A DNA stretch of 64,000 nt from positions 35,402,001 through 35,466,000 of the forward strand of contig NC_043004.1 in assembly GCF_006345805.1 (NCBI RefSeq), given 5' to 3'. Position numbers and translations under genes: made by a program. Origin of the DNA: Octopus sinensis (taxonomy: Eukaryota). The notes beneath the pieces were generated by a model that saw nothing but the letters and a program-made list of their open reading frames with translations, did no database searches and was not told the DNA's origin. This document shows, piece by piece, positions 38,710 through 53,408 of this stretch (position 1 is the first letter of the stretch; each line of letters starts with the position of its first letter).

Positions 38710-40082
38710 ACATATACATATATATATATATATATAAATACACATGCACTCATGCATGCACACACATATATATGTATGTAAGGCTGTATGTGTGTGTGAG
38801 TGTGTGCACAGTTATGTGTGTGTGTGTGTGTATGTGTTAATCTCCCCAGACACCAAAAATTTCTTCATTCTCAGTTTCTGAATTCAGTTGAAATATGCAA
38901 ATCTTAACCGAATATATTTTTTTGTTGCTTCATAATTTCCACCCCACCCCACTCCCTGCTTTTAAATCAAAATGCTACAACATAAATTACACTGACTGCG
39001 ATGATGTAAAATAAATTTATACTCTAGTGAGTCACTTCCCTGCAGCCATATTGTGGCATCCTATGATTTCTGCTTCAGAAGAAAATTATAGACTGATTTG
39101 CGTAAGACTAGATATCACATCGATTCTATGTCTCTTTCTTTATCCTTTCTCTTTACCGTTGAGGCCTAAGTATCTTCTCAGTTCTCTAAAGTGCCATAAA
39201 GTGCAGAACTCTTCCTTAACATGGATTAACTGAAAGCCAGTGGGTTGTTCATATATATTACTTAATAAATATTCTCAGAGAATCTAGTATCGAACAGTGT
39301 TCTTAATATTTTCCGCCAATTCTTGCATAAATTTTGTTTGGATGAACAAGTTTACCAATATTTTCTTCTTAAATGTAACACCTTACAAGAATCATAGAAC
39401 TGAAAGTTGTCCAGAAAATCTCTGTTCTATATTGATTCCAAGATCACGGCAAAGAAGACTTTGGAAGTAGCTAATACGCTTAAAAGGGCAAGGATTATGT
39501 CACAAGAATTTTGCCATTCATATATTGTAACAGATCCCCCCATAACATCAGATACAAATTAGTCAGATGAAAATCGTTACATTCAAACTTGACAGAATTT
39601 CAAAATTTACTCAACTCACAAGATATTCGTATCAGACACTGTTTCATTATTAAACAAAGCAAACTAGAAATGGCAACAGAAAGTCAACAGATTGGGAATC
39701 ACTGGATTTATTGTATTATTTTTAAAATCATCATCACTATTACCATCATTTCTACCACCACCATCACCACCACCACCATCATTTTCTTAGGCTCAATTTT
39801 ACATATGGGCATGAGTAGGACATATGTGCAATGCAATATTGCCACTTTTCTGATTCAAATATAAATCCCAGTATCTTGAGATCTAACCTCACTGCTTCTT
39901 CTCATGTTTTTCTTGGTCTGCCTCTGCTAAAAGTGTTTCATACAGGAGGTGTATGCTATGTTTTCATCCATATACTTTTACTGCACACTTTATCCAACAC
40001 CAATCCTCAGCTCCTTTCACAACAGCCATCTTCAATACAAGAATACAAAACCAACCGATTACATTCAGTAAGTCATCTAAAC

Positions 40083-40367
40083 CAGTGATTCTCAAACTAT
40101 CCGATATGGTGTATCAGCAGTTTTTTTTTTTTCCTCCAATGTGCCAAGGACCGGTAATATTTCTTAGAAATATTAATTTATACCAGAAACAATATATGTA
40201 ATGAATATAATAAAAGTTTCATCTTATATTCATTTTGTGAACAAATAATACAATATTACGCAAGCATTTTATTATGTTTCTTTCTTTTCTGGAAACTCAC
40301 TGCGTACCGGCAGCTGATGGCTCATGGACCGGCACCGATCCGCAGACCACCACTTTGAGTAGAACTG
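40083..40367. mobile_element. hAT-type MITE with 8-bp TSD
   Basis: TSD atctaaac at 40075-40082 and 40368-40375; imperfect TIRs cagtgattctcaaact / actttgagtagaactg. Confidence 0.9.
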
Positions 40368-40794
40368 ATCTAAACCATTCACAGGCTTCCTTCCTCTCCC
40401 TTTCTTAGCTACTCCAACTACGAATAATTAATGTATATAAAATTCATTTCAAGTCTAAAAGAGTTTCTACTGCATCTTGCTTGTAAAGAGAGCAAAGTTT
40501 CAGTTCTAATCTTGCCCATATAACACTCATATTTCGCATTCAGAAACATTACTAATCTTTATGTATGTATATATATATACACACACCCAAACATACGCAC
40601 AAGCACAACTACTAAATTTAGATTGGGACCTTATATGTTTTCAACTACCTCATTAGACATAGCTTTTATAAACCCATTATAGTTGACTGACCAACTACAG
40701 AATTATTATAGAGTACATAAAAATAATATTTAATAGTTATAATTACTTCACATTTTACCCATAATTTGTTGCTTGAATCTAAAATGTATATGTG

Positions 40795-40834
<40 letters not shown>

Positions 40835-40869
40835 AAATATAAATATATACTCACGCACACATATAAATA

Positions 40870-40945
<76 letters not shown>

Positions 40946-41697
40946 GAAATAGATAGATATGTTGCAGAAGAATTGCAAGTAAGTAAACCATAAAGCTGAG
41001 GTTAATTGGATGAAAACTTTATGCCTTTTATTCTCAATAGATAATTCCTTCTAACTGAGAATTCTTGCAATTACAAGATATGTCTCATGACTACAACTAA
41101 GTGGCCAGTAAATGGTAAGATGCTTGGTTGAATGATTTGCTAGCTTTATTGGGTCAGTGAGTTCCTGGAGTAGAATTGTGCATCTCTGACCCCTGCTGTT
41201 AAGTCACTGCCATTTCAATTGTCAGAGCATAGGAAAAAATACAGTATTTGTTTTTTTCTTTTTATGTTCCGGGTTCAAATCTTATTAAGGTGAGCTTTAC
41301 TTTTATAGCCTTACAGGGTTGAAAAGTACTAGTCAGGTATGGGTTGGGGTGGAGAACAATGATACCAACTACTTCCCCTTCTCTCAAAATTGCTAGGCTT
41401 TTGCCTAAATCAGGAGCCTTTATTATTTCAGGAGATGATTGATAGAAATGTAAGAGTATAGGATGATTAACAGACTACCTGCATTTATTTTGTCCCTCTC
41501 AATACTAGTCTTAAATCTGCTCTGCCACAATTTTATATTATATCCATTAAAGGCCAATAAATAGATGTTGGTATTTTAATGAAGATAATACATTTGACTA
41601 CCAAATGAAATTATATATTTTCACCCACTTAAGAAGTCATTATATTATTCAAAGAAATGGATTTTGGGATCAATGTATTTCCATATACTGAGTTTAA

Positions 41698-42119
41698 CCC
41701 TTTTGGTGCCGACCCTCCTGAAACCACCCTAGTTCTATGGTACAAGCTTCTCATTTTAAAGTGATTTACATAAAATCTTCCATCAAAATTTCTTACTAAT
41801 TCATGTTCGAAATACCAGCTTAATAATGGTTCCAAATTTTGCCACAAGGCCAGCAATTTTGGGAGAAGGATAATTTGATTATTTCATCGACCCTAAAAGG
41901 ATGAAAGGCAAGTCAAGCTCAGCGGAATTTGAACTCAGAACATAAAGGTGGATAAAATGCCACTAAGCAGTTTTCCTGGCATGCCAACAATTCTGCCAGC
42001 ACTCAGCTTTACAAACTAGATGAATAATGACAAAGTTACTTTAGTAAATTCTTTATTACTTTTAAAAATTAACTGAAATAAAGACAGCATTCTTCAACAG
42101 AAATATGGCAAGGAAAGAG
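41698..42119. mobile_element. piggyBac-type MITE with a nested Nin/Deu-like SINE (about 41826-42010, -)
   Basis: TTAA|cccttttgg ... ggaaagag|TTAA; the SINE interrupts sequence that is contiguous in related copies. Confidence 0.75.
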
Positions 42120-42375
42120 TTAATTCTTTTAAAATAAGTCTCTCTGGTATTGTTGCAATATGTCCCAAAATACACGGGACTTAAATTGTATTTCACAATA
42201 ATCTTACCATATAATTGTGGAATCGTGCCAGTATAAGAAGTCATTATTCAAAATTTTCTGAAAACATCAACCTAAGAACTCTTCTTATTAGTCTGAGCTA
42301 ATAAGGGAATGACTATGGGATTGCTCAGCCTAAAAGAAATAGCAGCCAAATTTCCCTCAAATTACACCATACCTA

Positions 42376-42605
42376 TTTTTTTATTACTCACAAGGGGCTA
42401 AACACAGAGGGGACAAACAAGGACAGACAAACGGATTAAGTCGATTACATTGACACCAGTGCATAACTGTTACTTAATTTATCGACCCCGAAAGGATGAA
42501 AGGCAAAGTCGACCTCGGCGGAATTTGACCTCAGAACGTAATGGCAGACGAAATACCGCTAAGCATTTTGCCCGGCGTGCTAACGATTCTGTCAGCTCGC
42601 CGCCT
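42376..42605 (-). mobile_element. near full-length tRNA-derived SINE (Nin/Deu-like)
   Basis: reverse complement aggcggcgagctgacagaatcgttagcacgccgggc...; same family as 5831-6055. Confidence 0.92.
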
Positions 42606-43751
42606 TGATGGGAAGAGAAAGACATAGTGGGTAATTTAGTCCTTGATATGCAAAGCTATATAGGTCATGGTTGGAGTGCTTTTAATTACAGGTTTGCTTA
42701 GTCAAGCTAACAGCAACAACAACAACTCATTAGTGTTATAGAAATAATTAAACAATACTGTTTATTAAATTTTAACTGAAATGGATACTTAACACTTAAT
42801 GCTTGTCTAGAACTTCCACAGGATTGCTGAACCTGGGAGAAATAGCAGCAAAATCTTCCTCAGATCACATCATAACATCTTAGAAATGGAAGGATGCTTA
42901 GGATTATGTAGCCATGAGTACATAATGCCTACGGAAGAACAGACATGATTGCAGTTGGTATGCTTTTTATCTTTGGTGTGTCTGACTGGGAGCTTACCAA
43001 CAACAACAACAACAATCATACATGCTTCTTGTGGAAAGAATTTGGATTGCAATGATTTCTTTGACATTTGAAGATTATCTTTCCTCCATAATAACAATAA
43101 TCAGCGAAGGAATTTATGCAGGAATGACATCTGCATTGTTAAGTCAGTTAAACAATAAGTTCACTTAGCTATTTGTTTACCATACTGATGGTGCGAGAGA
43201 CATAAGCAAACCTGTTGAGCTAAAAAACATAATAAATCACCCCCTCTCCCACTTGCACTGAGGTTGGATGCGATTAATTAATAACCTGCTTACAGCTGTT
43301 TCAAACAAATATGGAAAAGGTTATGATTTACTGAAGAGGTTTAATAAGGCTGAAGGATGTTTGGAGTTGTCACTGTATTTGCCAAATGTCAGATTAAATC
43401 ATTACCATTCCTTCTGCAAATGTTTTCTTCCCTTCAATATGGGAATAATTCTAATTGTAATAAATTAAAATTTTGGAGTTATTGTCTTTTACTATCTTTG
43501 TCTGATTTAAGCATTGTACTAATTTTTAGATCTCTTCCCTGCAAGAGGATTCTTGGATAACAATTTTTTTTTTTTTTGTCTTTGGCCAATAAGAGTTATT
43601 TCTTATTTGCTTCTATTTAAAAATCAAAGGAAATTACTATTCCCTTCACACTTTGCTTTTGTCACCTGGACATCAACGTTTTGAAACTGACCTATTTTCC
43701 ATTACATTTCAGACAGATTCAGCACTGAGTTACTGAAGTAGAAATATCGAT

Positions 43752-43920
43752 ATAGCAAAAATTCTGCTCAATACAAGATATTTGCTTGTCAGTTGCTTGA
43801 CCATAACCACTTGAGCATGTCCCTTAGCGGTTGACAATATGTGCATCTCTGATCATGAGCAGGAGTAGTGGGGGAGCATCATAGCCATGTGCTGAGAGGG
43901 ATTCTTTGGGGTTTGAATAA
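43752..43920 (+). repeat. partial copy of the (AAT)n-associated repeat
   Basis: matches about 26608-26770. Confidence 0.8.
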
Positions 43921-44825
43921 ATGTAGCAAAAGCAAAGTTTAAAGGAAATATTAGCCATTTTTATATACTTTCTAAGAGTAAGCAATTGGGAAATAATAGT
44001 TGCTGCCCAAGGACAAAAATGGTGTTAAACAGTGGAATTAAGTATTCTTGGACTATTCTGCATTAGATATGTTAGCACTAACTTCTCTCTGTCTTTGGTG
44101 CAATATCTTTATCTGTATTCATCCTCTGCAATAAACTTCAAAGAACTTCCACCCATTACAGTTATTTCAGGAATTAGACTTAGCGTCAAGCTACACTTTT
44201 TCTGATTCTATCTTTGATAAGTTTCACCCCCATCCAAATGGTTTTGAGTTCAGTCCTTGGCACCTTGGGCTGGTGTTTTCTACTAAAGCCCCGGGCAAAC
44301 CAAAGCCTTGGGTGTAGATTTGCTTAACAGAAACAACTGAAAGACACCCAGTTTATGTATTTGTATTTGTGTGTGCCTCCTCATCTTGATATCATGTTAT
44401 TGTTGTAAATGAGTGTCACTGTTATAGAAGCAGTGTCGTTCTTTTGAGTTTTCAGTGAAAACTTGTCCTGCCATGGCCAAATATTATTTTACTTGGAAAC
44501 AAATCAGGCTGTGCAATAGGAAGGGAAGCCTGCAAAAGAAAATCTGCTTCCACAAATTCTATCTGACCAATGCAAGCACGAAAAAATGGCTGTGAAATGA
44601 ATGATGATGCAAGGATGAAGTATGACCAAGTCAATATAAAATTCAAATTATTAACTAAATAATAGTTATACAGCAACCTTATTAGAGGTGTATATAATCT
44701 GAACAGCCCTTTCATTGAGTTTTTTATAGACTCTGTCTAACCAGCCACACATTAACGGATAGAAACAGCAGCAACATTAAACATCTGAAGAAGGTTAAAC
44801 ATAAAGAATTCTTTCTACGATAGGT

Positions 44826-44992
44826 AAAAAGGCCTGAAATTTGTGGGAAGGGGATGAGTCAATTCCATTGACCTCAGTACGCAACTGGTACTTATTTCAT
44901 CAACCCCGAAAGGATGAAAAGTAAAGCTGACCTCAGTAGAATTTGAACTCAGAACATAAAGATGGAAGAAATGCCGCTAAACATTTTGTCCA
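44826..44992 (-). mobile_element. Nin/Deu-like SINE fragment
   Basis: gcaactggtacttatttcatcaaccccgaaaggatgaaa...gaatttgaactcagaac. Confidence 0.8.
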
Positions 44993-45250
44993 TTTCAAGG
45001 TTTGATCATAAATAATAAATGTATACTGACTCGTTAGAAACAGCAAGCAAATCACTCTCAAATGACTTTCTACCATCTTACCATAGAAGGACACTGTAGT
45101 TTATGTATTTTAGGGTACATTATGCTGAGAAAGAAAAAGACAGAGTAATCATTGCAAGAATTTTTGTTGTCTCACAGATTTGGTCAAGCTAGAAAATCTA
45201 CAATAATGTATAAATCTTTACCTCTGTACTATAATGTATACCTACTATTA

Positions 45251-45303
<53 letters not shown>

Positions 45304-45348
45304 ATAATATTAGGGAATAAATCCAAATAATAGTGGTTTTGTCTCTAA

Positions 45349-45390
<42 letters not shown>

Positions 45391-47458
45391 TCAAACCCAA
45401 TACAAGCTTTATTTACATTAAATACAGGCTTTACATTTACTAATTAATAGTAAATACTTTTAATTGAAGTCCACAAGAGTTCAGTAGTTTTTCTTAAAGA
45501 TATTAGGAAATGGTTAATGAATTCTTAATAGACTATCAGTAATATTTACATGAAGCTTTTTCCAAGTCAATTTTTGATCTTCATTTTCAACATATTAACC
45601 ATCCACGGAACAGAATGCTAGGCTGTCATAAATACCATTCTGTAATAATTTTATACTTATTCCCATACATTTGGAAACATCAAATTTAGTCATGTATAAT
45701 CGGAATATATATTGTGAGTATAAATGTTTACAGTGTAGCAATTACTATTCATTTGAACTCACCTACTTAGAGATTTCATTTATATAGGAAGACATAAAAT
45801 TAATAAAACTGCTTGACACTTGATGAAGTGACAGAAACACCTTACAGACAACAATTTCCACTGCAAGTAGAAGTTTATACACATTTATTGGTTCCACAAG
45901 CTATCTAGTTCTTTATTAATTTAGAGGAATGTCTATTACATTTTCTTCTATAATTACAGAGCAATGATTAAAGAGAAAAGAAATATGATATATTCGAGGC
46001 TGATTTTAATTCTTGTTAGTTTGATGAGTGTTTTACAAGTTAGGATGGTTCACTAGCCAAACGATGTGTATTGACAACATTAATTAAAAGACATACAGCA
46101 CACTGAGACACTACAAAGCTAAGCAATTGGAATAACTTGGCAGATTGTTCCAATGAAATGCCTTTATTTTGGATATCATTCAATAGCCACTGGGAATTTC
46201 TGCTGCTATAACAGGAAAACATAACCTTATTGAAAACTTTCGCTGAATATGCAGACAAGAAAAGATATGTCTGCAATTAATCAGGAAATTCTAGCTTGGC
46301 AGAGGAAAGGCAGATACTCTGAAAGTTCGTGAAGTTATAAACACATGGAATATGTCAGTCTGACCAAACTTTTGAGATGCAGGATTTACAAGTCATAAAC
46401 ATAAGAATATTGCTATCCACCAAACTCAAATTTCACTTACCTCAAGAATAATGATCATCATCAACCATTGTCTTTCATTTTCATATTGTCAATGAGGTGG
46501 AAGGGTCTTCATTATAGTAGAGCACTTCTCACAAGATTTGATCAACTCATGGCAGGAGACTGTTCAAGTGAAATTAGTACCAGTAATGGATTGGGGTAAA
46601 GTTTAATCACTAATTGTAACCCTCCTCCTTGGAACCAATGTTATAAAATCCTTTATCTGTATATATGAATGTGTAAATATCAGTATAAAACTATGTGCGT
46701 GTGTATTTTAGAGTAAGATACAGTGCATTTTTAGGTTTCTGCCAACCAACTAATTCAATGATTTTATCAAGATTTGGAGTACAGGAAATACCTGTGCAGA
46801 TGAATAATTTTCATTTGGTATAGCTTGCATTGCCCTATTCCCACCTATTGGCCCAAGAAGACTTTCGCTGGTGTGACATGGAAATTGACAAAACCAGGAA
46901 CTTCTGTGGCCTCAGGTTCTATTTCGGAGATTTCCATCTCCTAGGTAGATTACCAACCAAGGTTAAGGAGCTCGTACTTGCCAATGAGGTAAGCTATCCC
47001 ATTCCAGACACCTTACCGACACTCAGACACTCTATAAAGTGATCAAGTATCATTCAGGTGACCAACGCTCATTAAATAAAAAATTTTTTTAAATGGTACG
47101 AAATGTGATTTGCAAATGTAAATAAGAATTATATATGAATATAAAACAGTAAAAGATACATAATAAATATAAATATGTATATAAAAGTAAAAATATGCAT
47201 ATGTATATACATATAAAAAATAAAAAAGGAACAATGTGTGACTAAGAATTATAAATAATATTGTATAAAGATAAGTAAAAGATATGCGATTAAAAGATAT
47301 GCGATTAAAAGATATGCGATTAAAAGATATGAAATAATATATATATAAAAGTAAAAATACACAAGTAAAAATATACATATGCACATGTATATGTAGTCCA
47401 ACCCATGCCAGCATGGAAAACAGATGTTAGTGGATGATACTGATGATGATATATATAG

Positions 47459-48212
47459 TCCAGAATTGGGAAAGCTAGTTCCACTTTTGGTAAGCTTTAT
47501 CACAGAATTTGGAACCGCCACAACATTTCGTTGAAGGTGAATATCAATGTATTTAAGTCAATGGTCTTAATAACATTGCTTTATGGTGTTGGATCTTGGA
47601 TTTTGTACTGAAAGTACATCAATCAGCTTGATACTTTTCATACACGATGCTTGCATACTATCTCCAATGTAACAGTGAGGAACCAACAAAGCAACATATC
47701 AGGTACTGAAGCCATCAAAATACATCTAAGATAGTCTCAGGTGATCTCTCTCTTGCATGAGTGATATGAGGATTCTGAAGCCAATTTGCACTTTGGCCAA
47801 TTTGCAACAGGAAGGTCAGTTGGAAGGGGCCACTCTTAAGCTTCAAAGACAAATTAGCAGACAATCTGAAATGACGCAACATTCCCTTTTCTTCCTGGGC
47901 AAACAAAGCATTAGAACGAAGGACCTGGCATCAGTCCTGTTTCTCCTCATTTCAAAGATTTGAGCAAAGTCGACTCCAACACTGGGACCAACTCCATGCA
48001 AGCATGAAGGCATACTGGCAAAATACTGCTCCCTTAAATGGAAACCTTACCTGTCATTGTGGTCTTGTGGCATGAAGCAAAGCAGGCCTAGCTGTCCCCT
48101 CAAGAAAACACATAGTAAATGATCCACAAGCACTCGAGCAAACTTGAGTCCTCAACTTGTTCCATTTGCCAAATGGTTTGCAAGGCACCAGCAGGTCTCA
48201 AGAAACACATTT
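47459..48212 (+). mobile_element. decayed RTE/BovB-like LINE 3' fragment ending in zinc-finger-like motifs
   Basis: RIGKASSTFGKLYHRIWNRHNISLKVNINVFKSMVLITLLYG...; terminal CSICQMVCKAPAGLKKH; many stops. Confidence 0.8.
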
Positions 48213-48325
48213 TACTGAACCCTCATTTGTCATTCACAACAAGAGAATCCATTTGAGGAATGTTCATAATGGCTGTGATATATGCTACTTTTCTCCCAAA
48301 ACAGTTATAAGTTTGCACTATAGAT

Positions 48326-48560
48326 ATTTATTTCTTTATTGCCCACAGGTTGCTAAACATAGAGGGGACAAACAAGGACAGAGAAAGGGATTAAGTTGAT
48401 AACATCGACCCCAGTGCATAACTGGTACTTATTTACTCGACCCCAAAAGGATGAAAGGCAAAGTCAACCTCGGTGGAATTTGAACACAGAACGTAATGGC
48501 AGATGAAATATCGCTAAGCATTTTGCATGGCATGCTAACGTTTCTGCCATCTTGCCGCCT
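48326..48560 (-). mobile_element. tRNA-derived SINE (Nin/Deu-like)
   Basis: same family as 42376-42605. Confidence 0.88.
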
Positions 48561-50989
48561 ATAGATATTAGATAATTGGTTGAGGCAGGTCACCATGGGA
48601 TGAGAACAAGGAAGAATGTCTGCTGGTATTCACTAACAGCTATTGCAAGATGTGCAGTTGGTGAAATTCCCTGCATTTTTGTGGTAATCCATTCAATTTT
48701 CCACCAAGTTTGAATTTACCCCCATTTTTGTTTTTAGTATGATTTAACTGAAAGACAAATTTTACAGTTTGGGAATGTTGTTTATTGTGGGATTCCTTTA
48801 TGCAAACATTTGAGCTGAGTACTGCAAGTTGAAAGATTTGAACTCAGTACTCAAGCTACTGAAAATGTGTTCAATTGTACCCCATTTGTGCCTCTACTAT
48901 AAACAGCTGACTCCTAGTATATAGCAGAGAAGCTGAGCATTATGCAGAGTTATTGGAATCGTTACAATAAAGCAGAAAATTGTCTAAGCTTCAGCAATTC
49001 CTACAAACATGGAAATAAAATAATTGATGTAAACCTGCCAAATGATTTTATCAATGAATTATTAGCAAAATAGCTCTGGTGCTTTGTGTTCTTTTAATCT
49101 CATCTTGGCACTTCTACTTAAACCATTTTTTCCATCAATATAGTAATTGATTGCAGAGTAACATGCTTTGAATTTTCTTGCAGCTCCAACAAAGAGAATG
49201 GATAGATATATATGAAGAAATAGAACATTGAAGTTAACAAACACTATAGTACTAATGAAATAATTGGAGGCTGTAAAACTACTAAAATCCAGGTAAGATA
49301 GCTCACAGAAGATCCTCTAAAAAGGAACAGGTATTTTGTAAATATCACTTTTCCAACTGAATTTTTGTCGTCATGCACATTTAGAAATATCTATCTTATG
49401 TTGACAATATATATCTGCTGTGATGCAACAACAAAGAATGAATAAAATATTGCTTCGTAATAATAAAGCAACTACTTTGTGAAGAAAGATTAACATTACA
49501 AAAGTCTTGTGGTATATTTGTTGCGTATAAAATTTAACAAAGAAATTCAGAAAACAGCACAAGAATGAAGATTATTCTATAGTTGACAAAGCTTTGAATA
49601 TCATGATTCTTTATCAAATGAAACAGCAAACTTAAAAAAAAAAAAATAAGTAGGTCTGTACATAAAAAGAAAAACAAAATAATCAGCAAAACATGAGAAA
49701 ATAAATTCAATATTAGAAAAGTAGATTTTTTCCTGTTGTAACAAAACAGTGTTTTTTCATTACTAGGGAGGCACCCAGGCATTATTTCATGTTCTCAGTG
49801 ATACAATTGATTATTATTTGATGTGTGTCTCCTGAAATCTAGGACATATAATAAACTGACATGATAGCTATACTCATCTGCTCAAAGTAAAGGAAGGGGG
49901 AAAAAAAAAAAAAAAACAAAGAAACGATTTTTTTTTTCTTTTTTTTTTTTTAGATTTGATCTTTTGCAGATACAATAATCGAAGCTATTCATTGTTAAAG
50001 CATATTAACAAGGTATCACTTTTAAAGCATATTACATGGTATAGCACTTAAGAGGGTTTGCTGTTTTTGTTAATTCACTTTTTCTGTCTCTTAGACATTC
50101 AGATATTTTCTTTGATCTTCCTATAAATTCTTGCAGAAAATCTCAGAATCTTACCTCACCACCTTGCCATGATCAAAAACAACAAACTCGATGTTTGTGC
50201 TGATAAAGTGGGTGATTTCTGCAGAAGAGCTTCATTCCCACTATCTTGATGCCACTACAAAAGATGAGTTTACTATCACATAAATTTCACATAACTCTCT
50301 CTTGGCAGCATTTTAAATATAAATCAATAGCCTTCATCCTAACCATGCACTTTCAATCTTTGCCGCACGACAAAAGCCACTCTAGTCATGTCCCTTTACA
50401 AGAGAGATTGCATACAAATATACAAGTGATGAAAGACAGTGAGAAAGTGAGAATGCAAAGGACAACAATAGGGAAAAGTCAATACATTTGAGCGATTGTC
50501 ATAAATAAAAAGATTTTATTTATGTTTTTTCGTTCTATTCATTTGATAGTGACCATTGTAAACCTCAACCTTAAATACATTTATATATGCAGAAGATTTC
50601 TTTTTTATCTAAAATATCTTCATAGCTTGAAAACTATAATAAAATATTTGTCTTCAATAATTCTATTGAAATAAATTTGATTTCTAGTCTGCTCCTACTT
50701 CAGTTTTCACTTACATCCCATTTCACTCGCATACACAACTTTGCCCAAATTGCCTTTCATTGAAAATTTTGCCATAAACAATAGAATAACGCCAGAAACA
50801 TTCAAAACCAAATATAAATGCTTAATTCACAAATAGCTTTGTGGGCTATAGTTGTGCATTAATTCTTTAAAAGTTGGGAAAGTAAATAATCTGCAACAAG
50901 CAGATAGGATTTATCTAAACTACCACAGATGGCTCAAAGTATATTTCTGCTGTTAAATAAACATGGCCCAAGCTACTTAGTGATAATTT

Positions 50990-51160
50990 CTAACATAGGC
51001 ACAAGGCCAGAAATTTGATGGGAGGGGTACGTTGATTAAATTGATCAATGCTGGGAAGAGATAAGGTCAAGTCAACCTTCACAGATTTGAACTCAGAATC
51101 TAAAGAGTTGTAACTAAATACAACCACAAGGCATTTTGTCTCTCATTCAGTTTTGCCAAT
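50990..51160 (-). mobile_element. degraded Nin/Deu-like SINE
   Basis: taggcacaaggccagaaattt...aagtcaaccttcacagatttgaactcagaat. Confidence 0.65.
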
Positions 51161-53113
51161 CCTCTGCCATAAGGCTATTTACTAATGAAAGAACCAATAA
51201 TAGCATTTTTTTTTCTACTTATTTTCTCAGTGCTCTGTACATTAAATGCGTTAACACTAATTCACTTCATGATGATTCATGCCTGATTCTTCCTCAAGGA
51301 TCAACTCGTATCACATAAAATTCATTTTTATCTAATTCAGTTAAGATTCAATTTCAGTTTCAGAATTATTCAAGGAATTTTACTTATAAAATTTCAACTT
51401 TTCCTTAGTTTTCCTTTGGGATTAGACGTTTTAATCAGCTCATCTCCTTATCATTGTTTAGGGAAATATTCAAGTTATGAGGGAATTATCAAAAGCAGTG
51501 ATTACCATTTTTATTTTGTTTTTATTCCCGAATTTTATTAGTTAAGAATTTGAAAGAAGTATTTTCATCAGAATATACTAGAAAATTATGGTCCCTTTAA
51601 AGGAAATTTACCACCAAATATTCATCCAAAAGTACACTATAAAATTAGAATCTTTTAAAGGGACAAACTTCTGAAGGAATCCTTGTAGAACATAGTTAAT
51701 TTTTCTTAATATGTTTTTTACTTTAAGTATTTCTTACCAATTCCTGTTCAGACTTCTGTGTTGCAGTTAGTGCTTGCTTCCTTAACTTAGTGATAGTAAA
51801 TAGGACAAAGGAATTCAAAGAAATACTTGTGTGATGATTGCAATCTTCTTAAACTCACATGGCATTTATTATTCTGTGAGTTAATCTAAATTCTTTTAGA
51901 TCAATTAATTGAAGTATTTTATTTCACGGTTTCTTATATTGTATTTTAAACTTTGGCTTTGACTAACATCTGCCTTTAACTGGCTACGCATAATACCATT
52001 CAAGTCTTTATGCATATAATGAATATTTTAAGACTCTGTAATTATATTCATTAAATATTTTCTAAGATCATTGAATAGAAACTCCTTTTAGAATGAAATC
52101 TATAACAAGCAATTTGATTTTCTGTAACTATTAAAGCTTACCTGAATATAGAGAATTAGAGCTGTGTGAGTTGATGGCATTTCAAACCACCACAACAGAC
52201 AATTACATCAAGGAACATACTGATTCCCATCCAAATGGCCAATTCTTCTTGTTTGCAATGCATTGGTAACGTGGATTGTAAACAACAAAAACATTGTAGA
52301 ACTGACAAATGCTAAGTCAGTTTGTTGTATCCAGGGTCAAATTTTCTGTGCTGTTGAAGAAAACAAGAGAATCATAAGAACATATTTAAGTGGAATGCCA
52401 AGGATCTGAATGTCTGGATATTATTGCATGAAAATAAAGTCTTCAATTTAATCTTAGGCTCGTTAAAATTTTAATCACGTGAAACAAGTTGCTGAAGCAA
52501 GAAGCCATGTTACATAAGCAACTTGTTTCATGAATTCAACTGACAATTCAGTTTTATGTTGACAAATGAGGAGACTTCTCAAGTCTTTTCTGGTTCCACA
52601 GATGGGCATTTTGATATTTTCTCACTGTTACCCCACACAGCAAACACTTTGCATTGTCTTATTGTTCTCTTTTCATTTCACTTTGTCCTTATACACACAG
52701 CCATGCTTTTATTGGTCCTTTATTCAAAACTCAATCGAGATCAATCATGGAAATACAGAGATCAAAAACATCATATGTTTATCTTTAACTCTTCATAGTA
52801 AACACTTCCATCCACTTCCATCCACTGCCATTCCATCTTTTTATTTTATTTTAATATTCCAACTGTCATCACTCAGTTCTTTTGAAGAGCGTTCCAGTCA
52901 TGGCCATCCTGCCATCCTAACATAACCCTCCCGCATGATTTAAAAGGAAAGTCGCCTTCATGTTACCATCATTATTTTGTCTTAAAGAATATATTGGATA
53001 TTGTAGGTACACTATACCTGAAAGTTAATTGATGGAATGGTCATGACTGTAAAACATTTGGGTTAGAGTTAGGGTTATAATTAGGGTAGAACAGAGCTAA
53101 CCTGAGGCAACAT

Positions 53114-53160
<47 letters not shown>

Positions 53161-53245
53161 TAACTATATGAAATCATTATTACTGTTAAAAACAGTAATA
53201 ATGAGGTGGTTAGCAAGACTTCTACCTTAATAGGTATAATATTAA

Positions 53246-53408
53246 ATATTTTAATAAAAGAAGAGTAAAAAATACTGCTTGCCAAAGATGAAAGCGAAAG
53301 CTTCAGGAACCACCAATCCTAAGATAAATGCGTGTACCATAGGATTGATGGTTTCTGAAGCTATTGCTTTCATCTTTGGCAAGCAGTATTTTTTACCCTT
53401 CTTTTATT

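Noticed and set aside
39028-41113. Loose resemblance of FPAAILWHP...LIC plus NSCNYKIC to WDR66/CFAP251
   Set aside because: Only a few matching residues and it needs an atypical GAG acceptor; too weak to name a gene.
46830-47042. 70-aa ORF with an internal GAG|GTAAGC donor
   Set aside because: Overlaps a motif (tttccatctcctagg...accaaccaagg) resembling retroelement UTR sequence; no recognisable protein.
47277-47332. 15-bp tandem repeat aaaagatatgcgatt (about 3.7 copies)
   Set aside because: Short local slippage in an AT-rich tract; no wider structure.
53060-53090. TTAGGG-like words
   Set aside because: Only two exact units; not an interstitial telomeric array.
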